A stretch of DNA of 64,000 nt from NCBI GenBank assembly GCA_028534125.1, contig CM052817.1:20152001-20216000 (forward strand), read 5' to 3'. Below, piece by piece: positions 24,561-36,669 of this stretch. Numbering within the stretch: position 1 is the first letter of the stretch; each line of letters opens with the position of its first letter. Source of the DNA: Lama glama (lineage: Eukaryota). Position numbers and translations under genes: made by a program. The notes under the pieces were generated by a model. The model worked only from the letters and a program-made list of their open reading frames with translations. It ran no database searches and was not told the origin of the DNA.

Positions 24561-26894
24561 ACAGCAAGATGGCAAAACATAATATTTCATACATATTTAA
24601 GTTCTAGTTTAGAGAACGTGCATTTTGGGAGAATCTGTGAAAATTACATCCATGGAAAGAGTTTGGACAACCTCTTGGGCAGAGGAGGTAGCTATGTTCA
24701 GGGAGATGCCAGAGGTGAAAAATGTCCTGAAAGGCACACTGTCTCTAAACCACTGAAATGTGGTTGAGACCAAAACTAATTTTTGTTTTTTTAGGATTTA
24801 ATCTTTGCCTAGGCTTATGCTGGGACAGAATCCAGAGAAACTTGAGATGTAGACACAAGGATATATTTTGAGATACTATCCAACCACTTCTAGAAAAAGA
24901 CGAATCTATTATGGCTGGAATAAGGATAGGAAAAAGTAGACATAAAAGAGTAACAGGGATTCCAGCTGCGGCAAAGTGAATTTAAAAATCCTCTTAAGCT
25001 TGTTAATGAAAATCAGCAAAACACAGAGACTGAGAAACCTGGTGCCCTGCTCTCTTCTCTGTAAGAAAAAATTTACAACTGGAGTTTCTGAAAGTCTACT
25101 TTTCATGTCACAAGATATGCCTCTCTCTGGGTCATGAGCTATTGAAATGAATTGAATATGTACTTGTGTTCAGATGTAGCAACTGATTTACATTTTATAT
25201 GGGATTGATAATATTGAAGAAGAAACAAAGAATTTAGTGAGCTACCCCAAAGTCCCACAGCAAAGAAAGAGTTGTAGCAGTCCAAACAAATGTAATTTGA
25301 TGGGAAATGGCATCTGACTTCACTTTGGGTAAGAAAGATATTAAAAATGGAAGGGAAAAGCCCATTTGTAATGCCTTTTTCTTAGAACCAGCACTTCACA
25401 GAGAAAGAATGGGGAAAATACAATGTTAAGCATCTCAAAGAAAACTCTGCATATAAATATCTCCCACATACTGAGTTAATTTCACCACTTGGAAATGTCC
25501 GTGTCATGAAGGGAAATATTCCTTTAAAATTTAAAGTGGCAGTACCAACCATCAGTTATTCGTTACTGAATTTCCTCCTCTAACAGTTAGCTAAGGTCAG
25601 CTATGAGAGGTATATGGGATAGTCTAGTAAACAATTCTCAGTTGATTTATGTACAACTTCCACAATGCAGCCAAGACATTTATCTGAAGATTTCTTGCCA
25701 TATATATTTTAAAATCTTAAAACCTGACTCTATATTTTTGTTGCCTTGACTACTAAAAGACAACAGTAACCCCCAGCTGCCTATGTATAAAGAAGTATAG
25801 ACGCCAACGGGGTACAGTCCATGCTTAACATTAATAGGCAAACTGTTCAAATTAGTCTGCCAGCTGAGCAACTATGTTTTTGGACATCTTTCTCATTTAT
25901 GATTCTGGTAATTACTGCATTTTATTATTTGTTAAATTATATATGGAGTATCACTAAAATATTCCCAAACTTCAAGACTACTGAAGTCTTATGCATGTTC
26001 TGATTTGAGGTGACAGCCCAAGTGCAACACCTTCCATTGGATGGTACCTGGCTGACTTCCCCTTGCAAAGCTTTGAACGCAAACACAGAGAGAGAATAAG
26101 AAAAGCATAAAAGTAGAGGCTGCATAATAGGATAATAGCTAATAGGAAGCAGACTGGGAACGAAATGTGCTGAATAACCAGAATGATGGTATTACTAGGT
26201 TAATGAATGATTTGGGAGAGATGCTTAGCATAGTTTGACCTGAGAGAACAACAAAATGAAGTTACCATTGCATCCTAAATAGCAATAAATGGAACTTCAT
26301 CTTTCTACCGTATTTAATTGTGGAAATGCTAAGGGTTTTTGTTTTTGTTTTTTTTGAAATAGTCTTCCCTGTACTTATATTTTAAACCTCTTTCATTGAA
26401 TAAACTTTCATCACTGGGATAAACTGAATATATTTTCTTGCATTTTGGTAGATTCTAATATATAGGAAAATCAAGTTTATATTGCAGAAGTAATAAGCAG
26501 AAGTAGAGGAAGAAATTAGAGGAGGGAAAATAGAAATGGTCTCAAGTGTGGTAAGGGGAGATATCTGTGTTATTGGTTAATGGTCAGGCAGCCAGAGGCT
26601 TAATGAAGGCACTGAATGCAGAGGTAAGACAGAGCAGAAAAAGAAAGTTGAAGATTTAAAAGACATGTGGAGTGTACTTCACAGGTTATTAAAGACTGTT
26701 GGTGGCAACATCTTGAATGTTGCTCATATACGTATTCTATATTGAAAGCATCCATTATGTCCAGAAAACCAAAGAATGTAACATGTTTTACATTATATAA
26801 TCTTTTCCTTCCTGCTTTTGCTTTGGTTATGGTTAAATTTCCATTTGTTTTTATTTCAAAGATATATGAGGTGATATTAATCTTTATTGTGGAA

Positions 26895-27195
26895 ACATTT
26901 TTATTATGGAAAATTTCAAAAACATATAAAAATAGAGACAATAATACAACAGAACTTCATGGATCCTTTACACAACTTTAACCATTTTAACTCTGGGCCA
27001 GTCTTGTTTGTCTACACTCCCTTCTTCCTATTCCTCCAGGATTCGTTTGAGGTAGATCTAAGAAAGTTTGTGTTTCATTCACAACTATTTAATATTTATC
27101 TGTAAAAGATGATTCTTTCTTAAACATAACCATTAATTATTAAGTATAAAAAATAGCAACGAGTCTTTAGCATCATTCAATACCCAGTAAGTGCA
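26895..27195 (-). mobile_element. Ancient L1 3' end (L1MC5/L1ME4-like)
   Basis: ttttattatggaaaatttcaaaaacatataaaaatagagac…ggccagtcttgtttg…ttaaacataacc…caatacccagtaagtg. Confidence 0.7.
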
Positions 27196-27631
27196 TTATT
27201 TATGCGGACTCTTTAATTCGTAAAGCTATCCCTATATAACTTTAGGGCTCCAGAAAAAATACTGCAGATGCTTCATAGAAACATATTTACTATATTATTG
27301 TTGAGGTTAAATTCAATTGCCCATGAAAGTTTCTAAGATTATCTGATCAGTTCTTCATTCAAAAAGAAAAATCCAACATCAAAATTGTTTAAGAAGTTAT
27401 TTTGCTGTATCATCCAAGTTCCACGAGACTCTACAAATGTTAATACGATCTGGCATATTTGCAAACTTATTTTAAGCATTGAGCAATGGTTTTTATGCTT
27501 ATTGTGCACTACTCATTGCAAGCGTCCTTCCAGTCTACCTGTGTTTTGCCAAACACTCCATTTGACCAACGAGCCAAAGTGTACTGTAAGTGATGAACTG
27601 CAAGTGTATCCAATATATTTCTGGTAAAATC

Positions 27632-27690
27632 TGAGTCAGCATAAAGAGTCTACTAGAGGGCAAGAATTAGCATGACATCATGCTGAGTAC
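27632..27690. promoter_or_regulatory. Candidate motif cluster: ARE/NF-E2 site, CTCF-like core, CRE-like site
   Basis: TGAGTCAGCA 27632-27641; CTACTAGAGGGCAA 27650-27663; TGACATCA 27673-27680; TGCTGAGTAC 27681-27690. Motif match only. Confidence 0.3.
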
Positions 27691-29193
27691 AGTCTCTTCC
27701 AAGTTAAAGATCTGAATAGCAAAATTGAATCCATGGAACTATATTGATTTCCTAGAATAAAAAAATCCAGGCAACCTCATTTCAGTCTTTGGTTATAGGT
27801 AATACAAACATCCTTTGATTGACATAATGCAGAGTATTTTGAATTGCTGTGAATTGTAATTTTTAAGTCTTTCTGCATAGAACTCTGCTCTAATGGGGAA
27901 AGTGTGTATGTATGTGCATATATATTCATGTGAATGTGTGGACATATGTATATATATATTTAATTCTTATTAATTAAATAAATGAAATGCAACAAAATGT
28001 CAAATATCATTTTGCTACATAATTTTAGCAAGGCTCTGCAACAGCTAACACATGTTATCTTGTTCTTAAATAATATGTTCTGCTCACAGTGAATTATGAA
28101 TAGTTTAATCTTGCTAATTGTTTTTTTCAAAAACTCCAGTTCTGATTTTTAATTCATGTGCTAGATATTTTTCCTTTTGTATTTCTATTAATATTCTCCT
28201 ACTGGCTACTTACTAATTCTTTGGGTAACCTTTAATCTTATCAACTTATTATATTCTAGAAAAGTAACATCCAAAGTCATTTTGGGCTAACTGTAAAAAA
28301 CTGCTTTATGATCATGATTAAAGGTAGAAAGTTCAAATTCTTTAATTTTTGAACAGAATCAGTTCTGTTTTCAAAACATAAAAATCCTACTTCTTTATTT
28401 AAATTAAAGAAAATCTGTGTCTATTAAAATGGTTTTCTCTAAATTCTATAAAAGAAGATTTAATTATCATTTATGATAAAATGACTGTTCTTAGAAATGA
28501 ATTTATTGGCATTTACAAAAATCAGAAGTCACTTTTGTCATGTCATATATATACTTGCTAGCTCTGGAAGATTAAAAATACATTTCCATGAAAATTTTAC
28601 AGGAAAAAAAAAACTAGCCATGTTTAAAATTAAAGCTTTTTAGGCAATTAGATTTTTAGCCAAATAGCATAAATGAGCAGGTTGGCAATTCTAAAATTAA
28701 TGCCAAAAAGATGAGACATTATTTGAGAAATGAAATTGTTTTCACTTTAGAAAATATATTTTAATAATCTGCCAACATCAAGAATACATGTCATCTGTAT
28801 AGCAGGAAAAAAAAGCACATTGCTCAGTACTTTACCATGTCTTTCAAGTTCTTTTGCTTTTCATTTCATTTCATTCTTCTGGTGCTGGCTATTACTTCAA
28901 AAACTTACACCAGCTGGCAAAGGCAACATATCATTATTGAAATATGAGTGCACCAAAGATTCTCATACCAATTTTTTGTTATGCATAGTATATACACATA
29001 TCAGTCATATAAATGGAGTCCTGTAATGAAATTCACAAGGAAAACAAATCGAACTTTTAAAATTTAGTTGTTCTTATAACACAATAAAAGTAAAGAGTTT
29101 CTCTCTCTGTGTTCTAAGTCATCTTATAATTAGGGTGGTCTTGTAATTTATCATCCAAACAGAAACATTTTAAGAGTAAAAGGGACATTATTA

Positions 29194-29713
29194 TTTTTGT
29201 TTTCTTTTTTAAATTTTAATTTTATTTTTTTATTTAATTTTTTTATTGATTTACAATGTTAGTTTCAAGTGTACAGCAAAGAGAGTCAGTTATACACACT
29301 CACATATATATACATATATATATACATATATACACATATATTTTCAGATTGTTTTTCATTATAGCTAATTACAAGAAACTGAATATAGTCACCTATACCA
29401 TACAGTAGATCCTAATTGTTTATCTATTTTATATATAGTAGTATATATCTGTTAATCCCAAACTTGTAATTTATCCCTCCACCTCCCTTTCCCTTTGGTA
29501 ACCATAGTTTGTTTTCTATGTCCACGAATCTATTTCAGGTTTTCAAATAAAATTTGTATCATTTTTTAGATTCCATATATAAGTGATATAATATGATATT
29601 TGTCTTTCTCTGTCTACCTTATTTCACTTAATGTGATAATCTCTAGGTCCATCCAAGTTGCTGAAAATGGCATTATTTCATTCTTTTTTATGGCTGGGTA
29701 GTATTCCACTGTG

Positions 29714-29768
<55 letters not shown>

Positions 29769-29990
29769 TGTTTTCTTTATTCAGTAATTTGTCAATGGAC
29801 ATTTAGGTCATTTCCATGTCTTGGCTATTGTAAATAGTGCTGCTACGAACATTGAGGTGCACATGTCTTTTCAAATTATATTTTTTCTGGGTACATGCCC
29901 AGGAGTGGGATTGCAGGATTATATAGTACCCCTATTTCTAGTTTTTTTAAGGAACCTCCATACTGTCCTCCATGGCTGCACCAATCTACA
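29194..29990 (-). mobile_element. 5'-truncated L1 (ORF2 end, 3'UTR, poly-A) with TSD
   Basis: ORF 29614-29802 (…VEYYPAIKKNEIMPFSATWMDLEIITLSEIR). T-rich tail from 29194. TSD taaaagggacattatta (29177-29193) / tgaaaggagacattatta (29997-30014). Confidence 0.95.
29718..29766. repeat. (TA)24 microsatellite inside the L1
   Basis: Uninterrupted TA run, directly visible. Confidence 0.98.
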
Positions 29991-30318
29991 GGGTTCTGAA
30001 AGGAGACATTATTAAACACGATCTAGGAAGAGGAGATATAAGCTAGGACTATTACAATGCAAAACAGGGCCTATGATTATTGTCTTACCTATAATAGGCT
30101 GCTTCTACAGACATTTCAGGGACTTATCATATAACACTATTGGAATAGTGTCAGTGAGCTGATGGGTCAAACTTAACACCGGGGAATAATTTAGATTCCA
30201 TAGAGCCAGGCACTTCATGAACAAATATTTACACTAACTTGCTGTTTACTGCATCTTGATGCCCAAATATTTCCTTCAAGTTATGAACTTTTTTTTTAAC
30301 TCTTCCAGATGCTTGAGC

Positions 30319-30337
30319 GTTCCAACAGGTGGTGCTG
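30319..30337 (+). promoter_or_regulatory. Candidate CTCF-binding motif
   Basis: gttCCAACAGGTGGTGCTg resembles the core CCASYAGRKGGCRS, in non-repeat DNA. Motif match only. Confidence 0.35.
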
Positions 30338-31730
30338 ATTAGGTACGTAGAATGGGCATAGCTGAGGGTATGTGCTTTCTCCAGATCCACACAGTGCAAA
30401 GCAGCATCTGCCCTGGAGCGTCAAAGTCCTCTGCTCCCCAGTTGTGCAGCACTTTTCATTGTTTCCTTTAAAACAAGGAAGCGGTCACCTCGCTAATATG
30501 TTTATTTGCTTCTTTAGAATGGAAGCTCTTCCAGGAGTTTCACTACTAACTCCAAGAAGTAATGAACAAAACCCTAATTCCAAGTACTCCTGACTAATAT
30601 TAATGAAAGAAATCTGTAAGTCAAACAACTTCAGATTATTCACCCCTGATCCGTGCTTAAGAGCATGTTTGGTTAGAAAGGGGCCAGAAAACTAATTCCT
30701 CCAAGGAAGGGATGCTTTCTGCGAAGTTTGTTTCATACTGTGATTATGTATTTACATTGTACATATTCAAGTTGTCTTCAGGTTTCTTAGAGAAGGTGAT
30801 GTTGTTGAAGGGCTGTGTTGGGAGAGAAAGAGCAAAAACAGTCAGAAATTTTAAAATGCCTTCATTGATTATATACTCAATGATTATTTCCAAACTTTAT
30901 GACCATTGTGACATTTTACTTGTTCATATGCCTCTAGATGGAGAGATCAGAAGAATAACAGTACCAGGATAGCACACTTTTGATACTTAAACACTCCGCT
31001 TCCCGTTTGCCAAGTTAAATTCAATCTGAAACAGTAAATTTATCCTAAGAGGTTTTCTGGTTCTGTTGAGGTGGGTCATTTGCTGTTGTCTATTAAGCTT
31101 AATTTTATCACAGGATTGTAGGCTCTTGGCAACTTGTGTGTCAGGAGATCACTACTCTATATTTCTTCTTTATTTTGCAGATCTGCATAAGGAATCAGCG
31201 TCAACTTCAGGGATCTGCATATCTTAAAAGTCTTGCTGTGCAGACAAGAGATACAGCACAGTGCAAGGCAGCTTGTTTGTATTCTGATCTTGGGAAGGCA
31301 ACCCATGTGTAAAAACCATTTGCCTTTCTGGAAAGTTACTATTGGTTCCTTTAGTTTAATACATTGTTGTAAAACTATTCTATTGAAAAGTAAGGTAGCA
31401 TTCACTACTTAGAGCTAGATCAAAACATCAAGATCCACCTTTCAATTAGTAAAACGTCTTAAGTTTTTGTTCACAGTATTAAATAACCTGATTCATGAAT
31501 ATTAAGTTTTTATAATTATTTGTTGCAAATAGAAATGAACGACTGCCAATGTTAACTTATGAAATTTACAACAGCCCTTTGGAAGAGGATTTAAATGGAA
31601 AATATTCTGTTTTAAAATACTTTATGAGAGTGTCATTATACATTCTTCCCATGTAATTGATTACTACTGAAATCTGATTTTTTGACTAAATAAGTGTAAG
31701 AATGTACTTTTAAAAAGTATTAAAGGATTT

Positions 31731-31897
31731 TGTATAGCACAGGAAGCTATATTCAATATCTTATAATAACCTACAATGAAAAAAAATCTGAATAATAATA
31801 TATATGTATAACCGAATAACTTTGCTGTACACCTGAAACTAACACAACATTGTGGATCACCTATAGTTCAATAAAAAAAATTAAAATTAAAAAAAAA
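31731..31897 (+). mobile_element. Short L1 3' tail
   Basis: tgtatagcacaggaagctatattcaatatc…gctgtacacctgaaactaacacaacattgt…poly-A. Loose TSD aaaggattt / aaagattt. Confidence 0.9.
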
Positions 31898-32140
31898 GAT
31901 TTGTCATGATCAGTATATTTTATAGGTACACTCAGTATAATCATATAAATGTGTGCGTGCATCTGAGGTTCTCTGAAAGAGAATTGGTGGGTTGAAGGCA
32001 ATCGAGAGTAACTTTAGGTTGTGTTGCTAAAATAAGCATTTATGACTCTGAGGTACGTTTTTTGAACTCTTTCAATTTCAGCTAAAATAAAAGTCCATGC
32101 TAGAAAAGGAAAAGTGGAGTGAATAAATTCTTTTTTAATG

Positions 32141-32291
32141 AGAAGTGGCATAATGGTGGCATAAGAGGAAAAACTCGGAGCTTTGTGTCAGAAGATCATG
32201 AATTAAATCCCATCTCAGCAACTACATGCATTTTTACCTGAGGCAAGTTATTTCACCTCTGCAAGCTCATTGACCTCCTGTGTGAAATGGG
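32141..32291 (+). mobile_element. MIR SINE (5' half)
   Basis: ggagctttgtgtcagaagatcatgaattaaatcccatctcagc…ggcaagttatttcacctctgcaagctca…tgtgaaatggg. Confidence 0.8.
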
Positions 32292-32680
32292 TTGTGCTGT
32301 AGGTTCCGACTTGCCTGGGCAGATCTACGCTCCACCCCTCTCCATCCTACTCTGTGCCTCTCTGGAGGGTGATAATTACAGAATGAACCGACCAAAGATC
32401 CTGATCTTCTGAACTTTAATGAATAGGAAGCACCAATAGGATGGCAATAATAGAAGTTTGATGTTTATGCCCTTGGTTCTTTCTGTGCCAGTCTGAAGAC
32501 TGACAATGCTGATTTTTCTTTCTGGATGCCCCCTCCTACAGCTGCAGGTTTTACGAGGTGAGGGTAACCATTCCCTTCACTACCTTCAGGCCTAATGGTG
32601 ACTATGAACTTGGTTCTTTCACTGTCTCTTGTAGGTTTGTCTTAAATCTAGCCCTACCAACTCAATTAAGCAATCATCAC
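32292..32680 (+). mobile_element. ERVL LTR (LTR41-like)
   Basis: cagatctacgctccacccctctccatcctactctgtgcc…ggaagcaccaatagg…tttatgcccttggttc…ggtaaccattccc…cttcaggccta. Confidence 0.65.
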
Positions 32681-33439
32681 TTCCCCCCTTTACGCATTTA
32701 CTTATCTGTTAGACCCATATTTATATGGAAGATAAAGAAAATATGAGCAATATGTGGTTGTTGTATGGATTTATTTTTGTAAGTATAAAACTGGGTAAGA
32801 TGTATTAAATGTCAAAGAAACATTAGATAAAGTAATCTGGGTCTTATACCTCCAAGTCTGCATTTGAAAAGCATGCCTCTTGAATCAATATCAGCAGAGC
32901 CTTCCTGATCCGAAGGAGCTGGTCTGCTTTCAGCATTTCAGCCTCCTGCTTCTGCCAGCCTGCACAGTTTTCTTAAGCCCTGTGGCTACTCTGAACAGTT
33001 GTTATCAAGGAACATGAGGTGTATTTTGTCCACTCCCATGTTTTAGATAGGTTCTTCTTCCCAACACTCAGGTTTTAAAGTCACTCTGCCTAAAATTCGG
33101 CGAGAATGCCAATTTTCTAAAATACCTGTCAGGAAAGTGACAATTGCAATATCGTTAGAAAAAGAGGGATCGACATTGCTGACGAGATGACAATGCCTCA
33201 GTTGCTGGATAGCAAAGGTGACAAGAACCTGAAAATGGTTATGAATTCCTGACATTTTCCTACAAGGCAAAGGGATCTCATTTCACATCTTGTGAAAGTG
33301 ATAGTCAATTCAAACAAATGATGCTTACAGATGTTCCACTCAGCTTAGAGACTTGATTAGGAAAAAGTAGCAAGTATGACATACTAAGTTCGAGTGTTGG
33401 AATAAGAGAGAACACCACCTTCCTTCAATCTGCCTGTAC

Positions 33440-34210
33440 TGTGAACAGTATTAAAGTGGAAAGACCATCAAAGTACCAATCTAGATACATGGTCTTTAGT
33501 CATGTCTCAATTCAAACTCAGTGAATGTCCTTGGGCTCTGTGATGGTTAATTTTATGTATCATCTTGACTGTGCTAAGGGATTGCTGGTGAAACATTAAT
33601 TCTGGATGTGTCCATGGGAGTGTTTCCGGATGAAATTAGCATTTGAATCAGTAGACTGAGTGAAAAAGATTGTCTTCATCAATTCAATCCACTGAGGGTT
33701 TGAATAAAACAGAAAGGCAAAGGAAGGGTGAATTAGCTGTCTTTACTTGAGCTGACACAATCCATCTTCTTCTGCTCTGGGACACTGGCATTTCTGTTTC
33801 TCTGGCCATTATCGTCACATCAGAACTTACACTATTGCTCCTCCTCACCCCGTAATGGGACCTTTGGACTCCAACTTACACCCATTGGATCCAGGTTCTC
33901 AGGCCTTTGGATTTGGACTGAATTACAACACCTGCTTTCCTGGTTCTTCAGATTGCATATCTTGGGAATTCTTGGCCTCTGAAAATGTACAAGTTAACTC
34001 CTATAAATCTCCTTTAGCTACGTCTTACTGGTTCTGTTTATTTGAAGAACACTGACTAATACATACGGTTCTCCAAATAAACAAAACCCTCATTGGCACA
34101 TTAGTTGTTAACTGCTAAGTCTCATTTGAGTAAAGTGTAAGATGAGAATAAAAAAAATTACAGTCTTATCCACATTGTGCATGAGATTGGTGGCAGAATT
34201 AAATCAGATG
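33440..34210 (+). mobile_element. MIR SINE split by the MLT2 LTR
   Basis: Head-like 33440-33535 (…gtgaatgtccttggg); core-like after 34100 (gttaactgctaagtctcattt…tgtaagatgagaataa). Confidence 0.45.
33539..34063 (+). mobile_element. Solo ERVL LTR (MLT2B-like)
   Basis: tgtgatggttaattttatgtatcatcttgactg…attagcatttgaatcagtagactgagt…ctggttctgttt…gaacactgactaataca; intact TG…CA termini. Confidence 0.92.
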
Positions 34211-34609
34211 CATGCCTTTTTCAATTATGCTGTCTCACTGTAGACAAATTGCCTGCCTTCGCTAGGATTCAGTTTATTTATCTATCAAATGAGGAGTGTG
34301 TACTGAGCAGGTCCTTGAAAGCTGTAATTTCTTTAAAAGGTTACAGTGAGCTTAACTTAAATGTAAGGTAGATTTTCTTTTTTTTTTTTTTTTGGTTTAA
34401 AAGTACGTCATCTCAGAAGCTTAGAAAATTACAATTACTGAAATAAAAATTTATATTCAATAAAATTGAACAATTGATTCTAGTAGTAACCCATGTAAAA
34501 GAACGTTTTTCTTAGTTATATATGCATTACTGTGGGTTACTACTGGAATTAATTTTTTGATTTTATTGAATACACAAACACACAAACACACACACACACA
34601 CATTTAGTT

Positions 34610-35480
34610 TTTAACCGTCAACCAATACCATAATTAATGGTGAACCACATAATAGAGTTATCCCACCTGAAATTAGGAACAGAGCTAGGATTGCTGTTTC
34701 AATATTATCTATTAATATTGTTCCAGATGTTTTAGCCAATACAGTAAATATGAAACCTAAATGAGTAACTTTATGACTGAGGGGGTCACAAATACTATTT
34801 TGTGATATTTTATTCCAAATATCAAATAACACAAACTAAAAGAAAAACATAACAAATCAAGAAATAAAATGAAAACATAAGTAGAAATGATGTCACAGTT
34901 TTCACATCATGGGTAAGTCCAAAATTTTCACATATATACATATATCTTTGTTTTTATACCAGAGGTAACTGGTACAAAAAAAAAGGATCAATAAAAATTT
35001 GTATAACCTAGAAATAATTCTTAATGTTAAAATAGATAAATAAAATATTAAGATTAAAAATCAATCATTAAAAAATGGGGACAAAGACAGAGTAATATTT
35101 CTTCAATTTTAGATGAAAAAAGTAGTTCTGAAACTCTAGTGAAAATGGAAGAAACCATTTAATTTGAGAAGTGATGGATCTGGCTACGTAGAATTTTGAA
35201 ATGCCAGAAACTAATGATAAACTATGAAAATGTGAATTCTTTAAACATTTATTGCCAACACATAAATTCTGCACAATGAAAAGGCCATTCTATTTATTCA
35301 TTTTTTTTTAATATAACAAATGTCTAGAAAAGGCAAACACTCCCAATTAAACAGGAGAAATGTTCACACATGTACAGACTTAAATGGTCAATAAATACAA
35401 GTATGAAACTTAGTAATAAATCATTTGAAAAAAGAATAACCAAGAATAAATATATTTTTATCACATAGAAAAGATTACAG
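34610..35480 (+). mobile_element. Ancient L1M ORF2 (reverse-transcriptase region) remnant
   Basis: accataattaatggtgaa…ctgaaattaggaacagagctaggattgc…attaatattgttccagatgttttagccaatacagtaa corresponds to the IILNGE…GTRQGC…FNIVLEVLA segment, heavily degraded. Confidence 0.6.
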
Positions 35481-36309
35481 AAAAAGATGATATAAATTTT
35501 AATTATATGCTATAAAAGTATCATTAAATTATATATAATATTATTATATTTTTAAATGACAGTAAAGGAAAGAACTGTGGACGTTTAATTTCTATGTAAC
35601 ATATTTAAGACTTTAAGCAGGATGGAATTTTTAAGTTAATTTGAGAGAAATTAATATCTTCATAATATATAATTTTAAAATCTGAAACAGTCCCTCTCCA
35701 GTTCTTCAGTATGCCTTTCACTATTCATGTAAGTTGGGTAGTCTGACCTCTGAGTTTATGACCCTGGATCTGAGATGTGTATCATCCAGCAGAACCAGTT
35801 TTAAAAGTATATGATGAAATAGTTTCCAGGAGATGTACCCAAATTGTAAAACAGCTGGAAAGATTAAATATTAGAGGAACAATTCGGCAGTGAATGTAGT
35901 GCGACCACCCCCTCTGCAGGATGGAGCACACTTGGATGCCTAAAGGAAATACGCATTCAGAGTATTATCGCACACTTCCTGATTTCAAAATGGTCAGTCT
36001 TTAAAAAAAAAAAATGCATGTGTAACTAAGAAAAATCCGTAAGTCATACCTGTGGGCAAGCCCATCTTACCAGGAATACTTTTACCCTTTTCATGAAAAT
36101 GTTTAAAACAGGAGATCAATGTGTATTGTGTCCACTTTGGAGTTTGCCTCCCAATTTACTAAATATTTTCCTAAACTATATTTACTTTAGATTATTCTAG
36201 TGGCAGGCATATTTCCATATAATTTATATTAAAAATGAAATGAAACAATAAAAAATGGTATCATTTTGAAGCGCCTCTGAATGCTCTTCTACCATTTGAG
36301 AAAGACTTA

Positions 36310-36475
36310 ACTCCATTTAGTCTCACAATAAATCCATTAAGTAGATGCATTTTCCACTTTATATTATAGATGGGTTACACTGTCCAAGTTTAAAGAGCTA
36401 GGAAGTTGTGATCTGTAATTCAAATACACATATTCTGTTCCAAAGCCCCCTTCAAACCACTGCTCTACATTGCTA
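36310..36475 (-). mobile_element. MIR SINE
   Basis: ctcacaataaatccattaagtagatg…tattatagatggg…tgtccaag…gagctaggaagttg…ttccaaagccc. Confidence 0.6.
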
Positions 36476-36669
36476 TCCAAATATAATACTTGAGTTATTA
36501 ATGATCGCAGTGATAATACTTGTGCACACACACACACACATACTCATAGCTTATTTTTCTTCAAATTTCTCTTTTCTTTCTTTCCTAAAGGATTTTCCAC
36601 TTCTCTTCCCATTTATGGATACCCAGATATGTTCATGTTCTCCCGACTTTACCTAAGGCTACTTTATAT

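Larger units (their letters stand above)
29131..30088 (+). mobile_element. MER94-like hAT-Blackjack MITE, split by an L1 insertion
   Basis: Left half tagggtggtcttgtaatttatcatccaaacagaaacattttaagagtaaaagggacattatta; right half resumes at ~29997 and ends …aaaacagggcctatgattattgtctta. Confidence 0.7.

Noticed and set aside
31155..31395. Strong plus-strand acceptor (ttcttctttattttgcAG, 31180) with a donor-like aaa|gtaagg near 31390
   Set aside because: The frame I translated stops after 43 unrecognisable codons, and nothing else supports an exon.
9265..35164. Exact 18-bp repeat ggaagaaaccatttaatt at 9265-9282 and 35147-35164
   Set aside because: The flanks do not extend, and one copy lies in a degraded L1. 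One such match is plausible by chance in 64 kb of AT-rich DNA.
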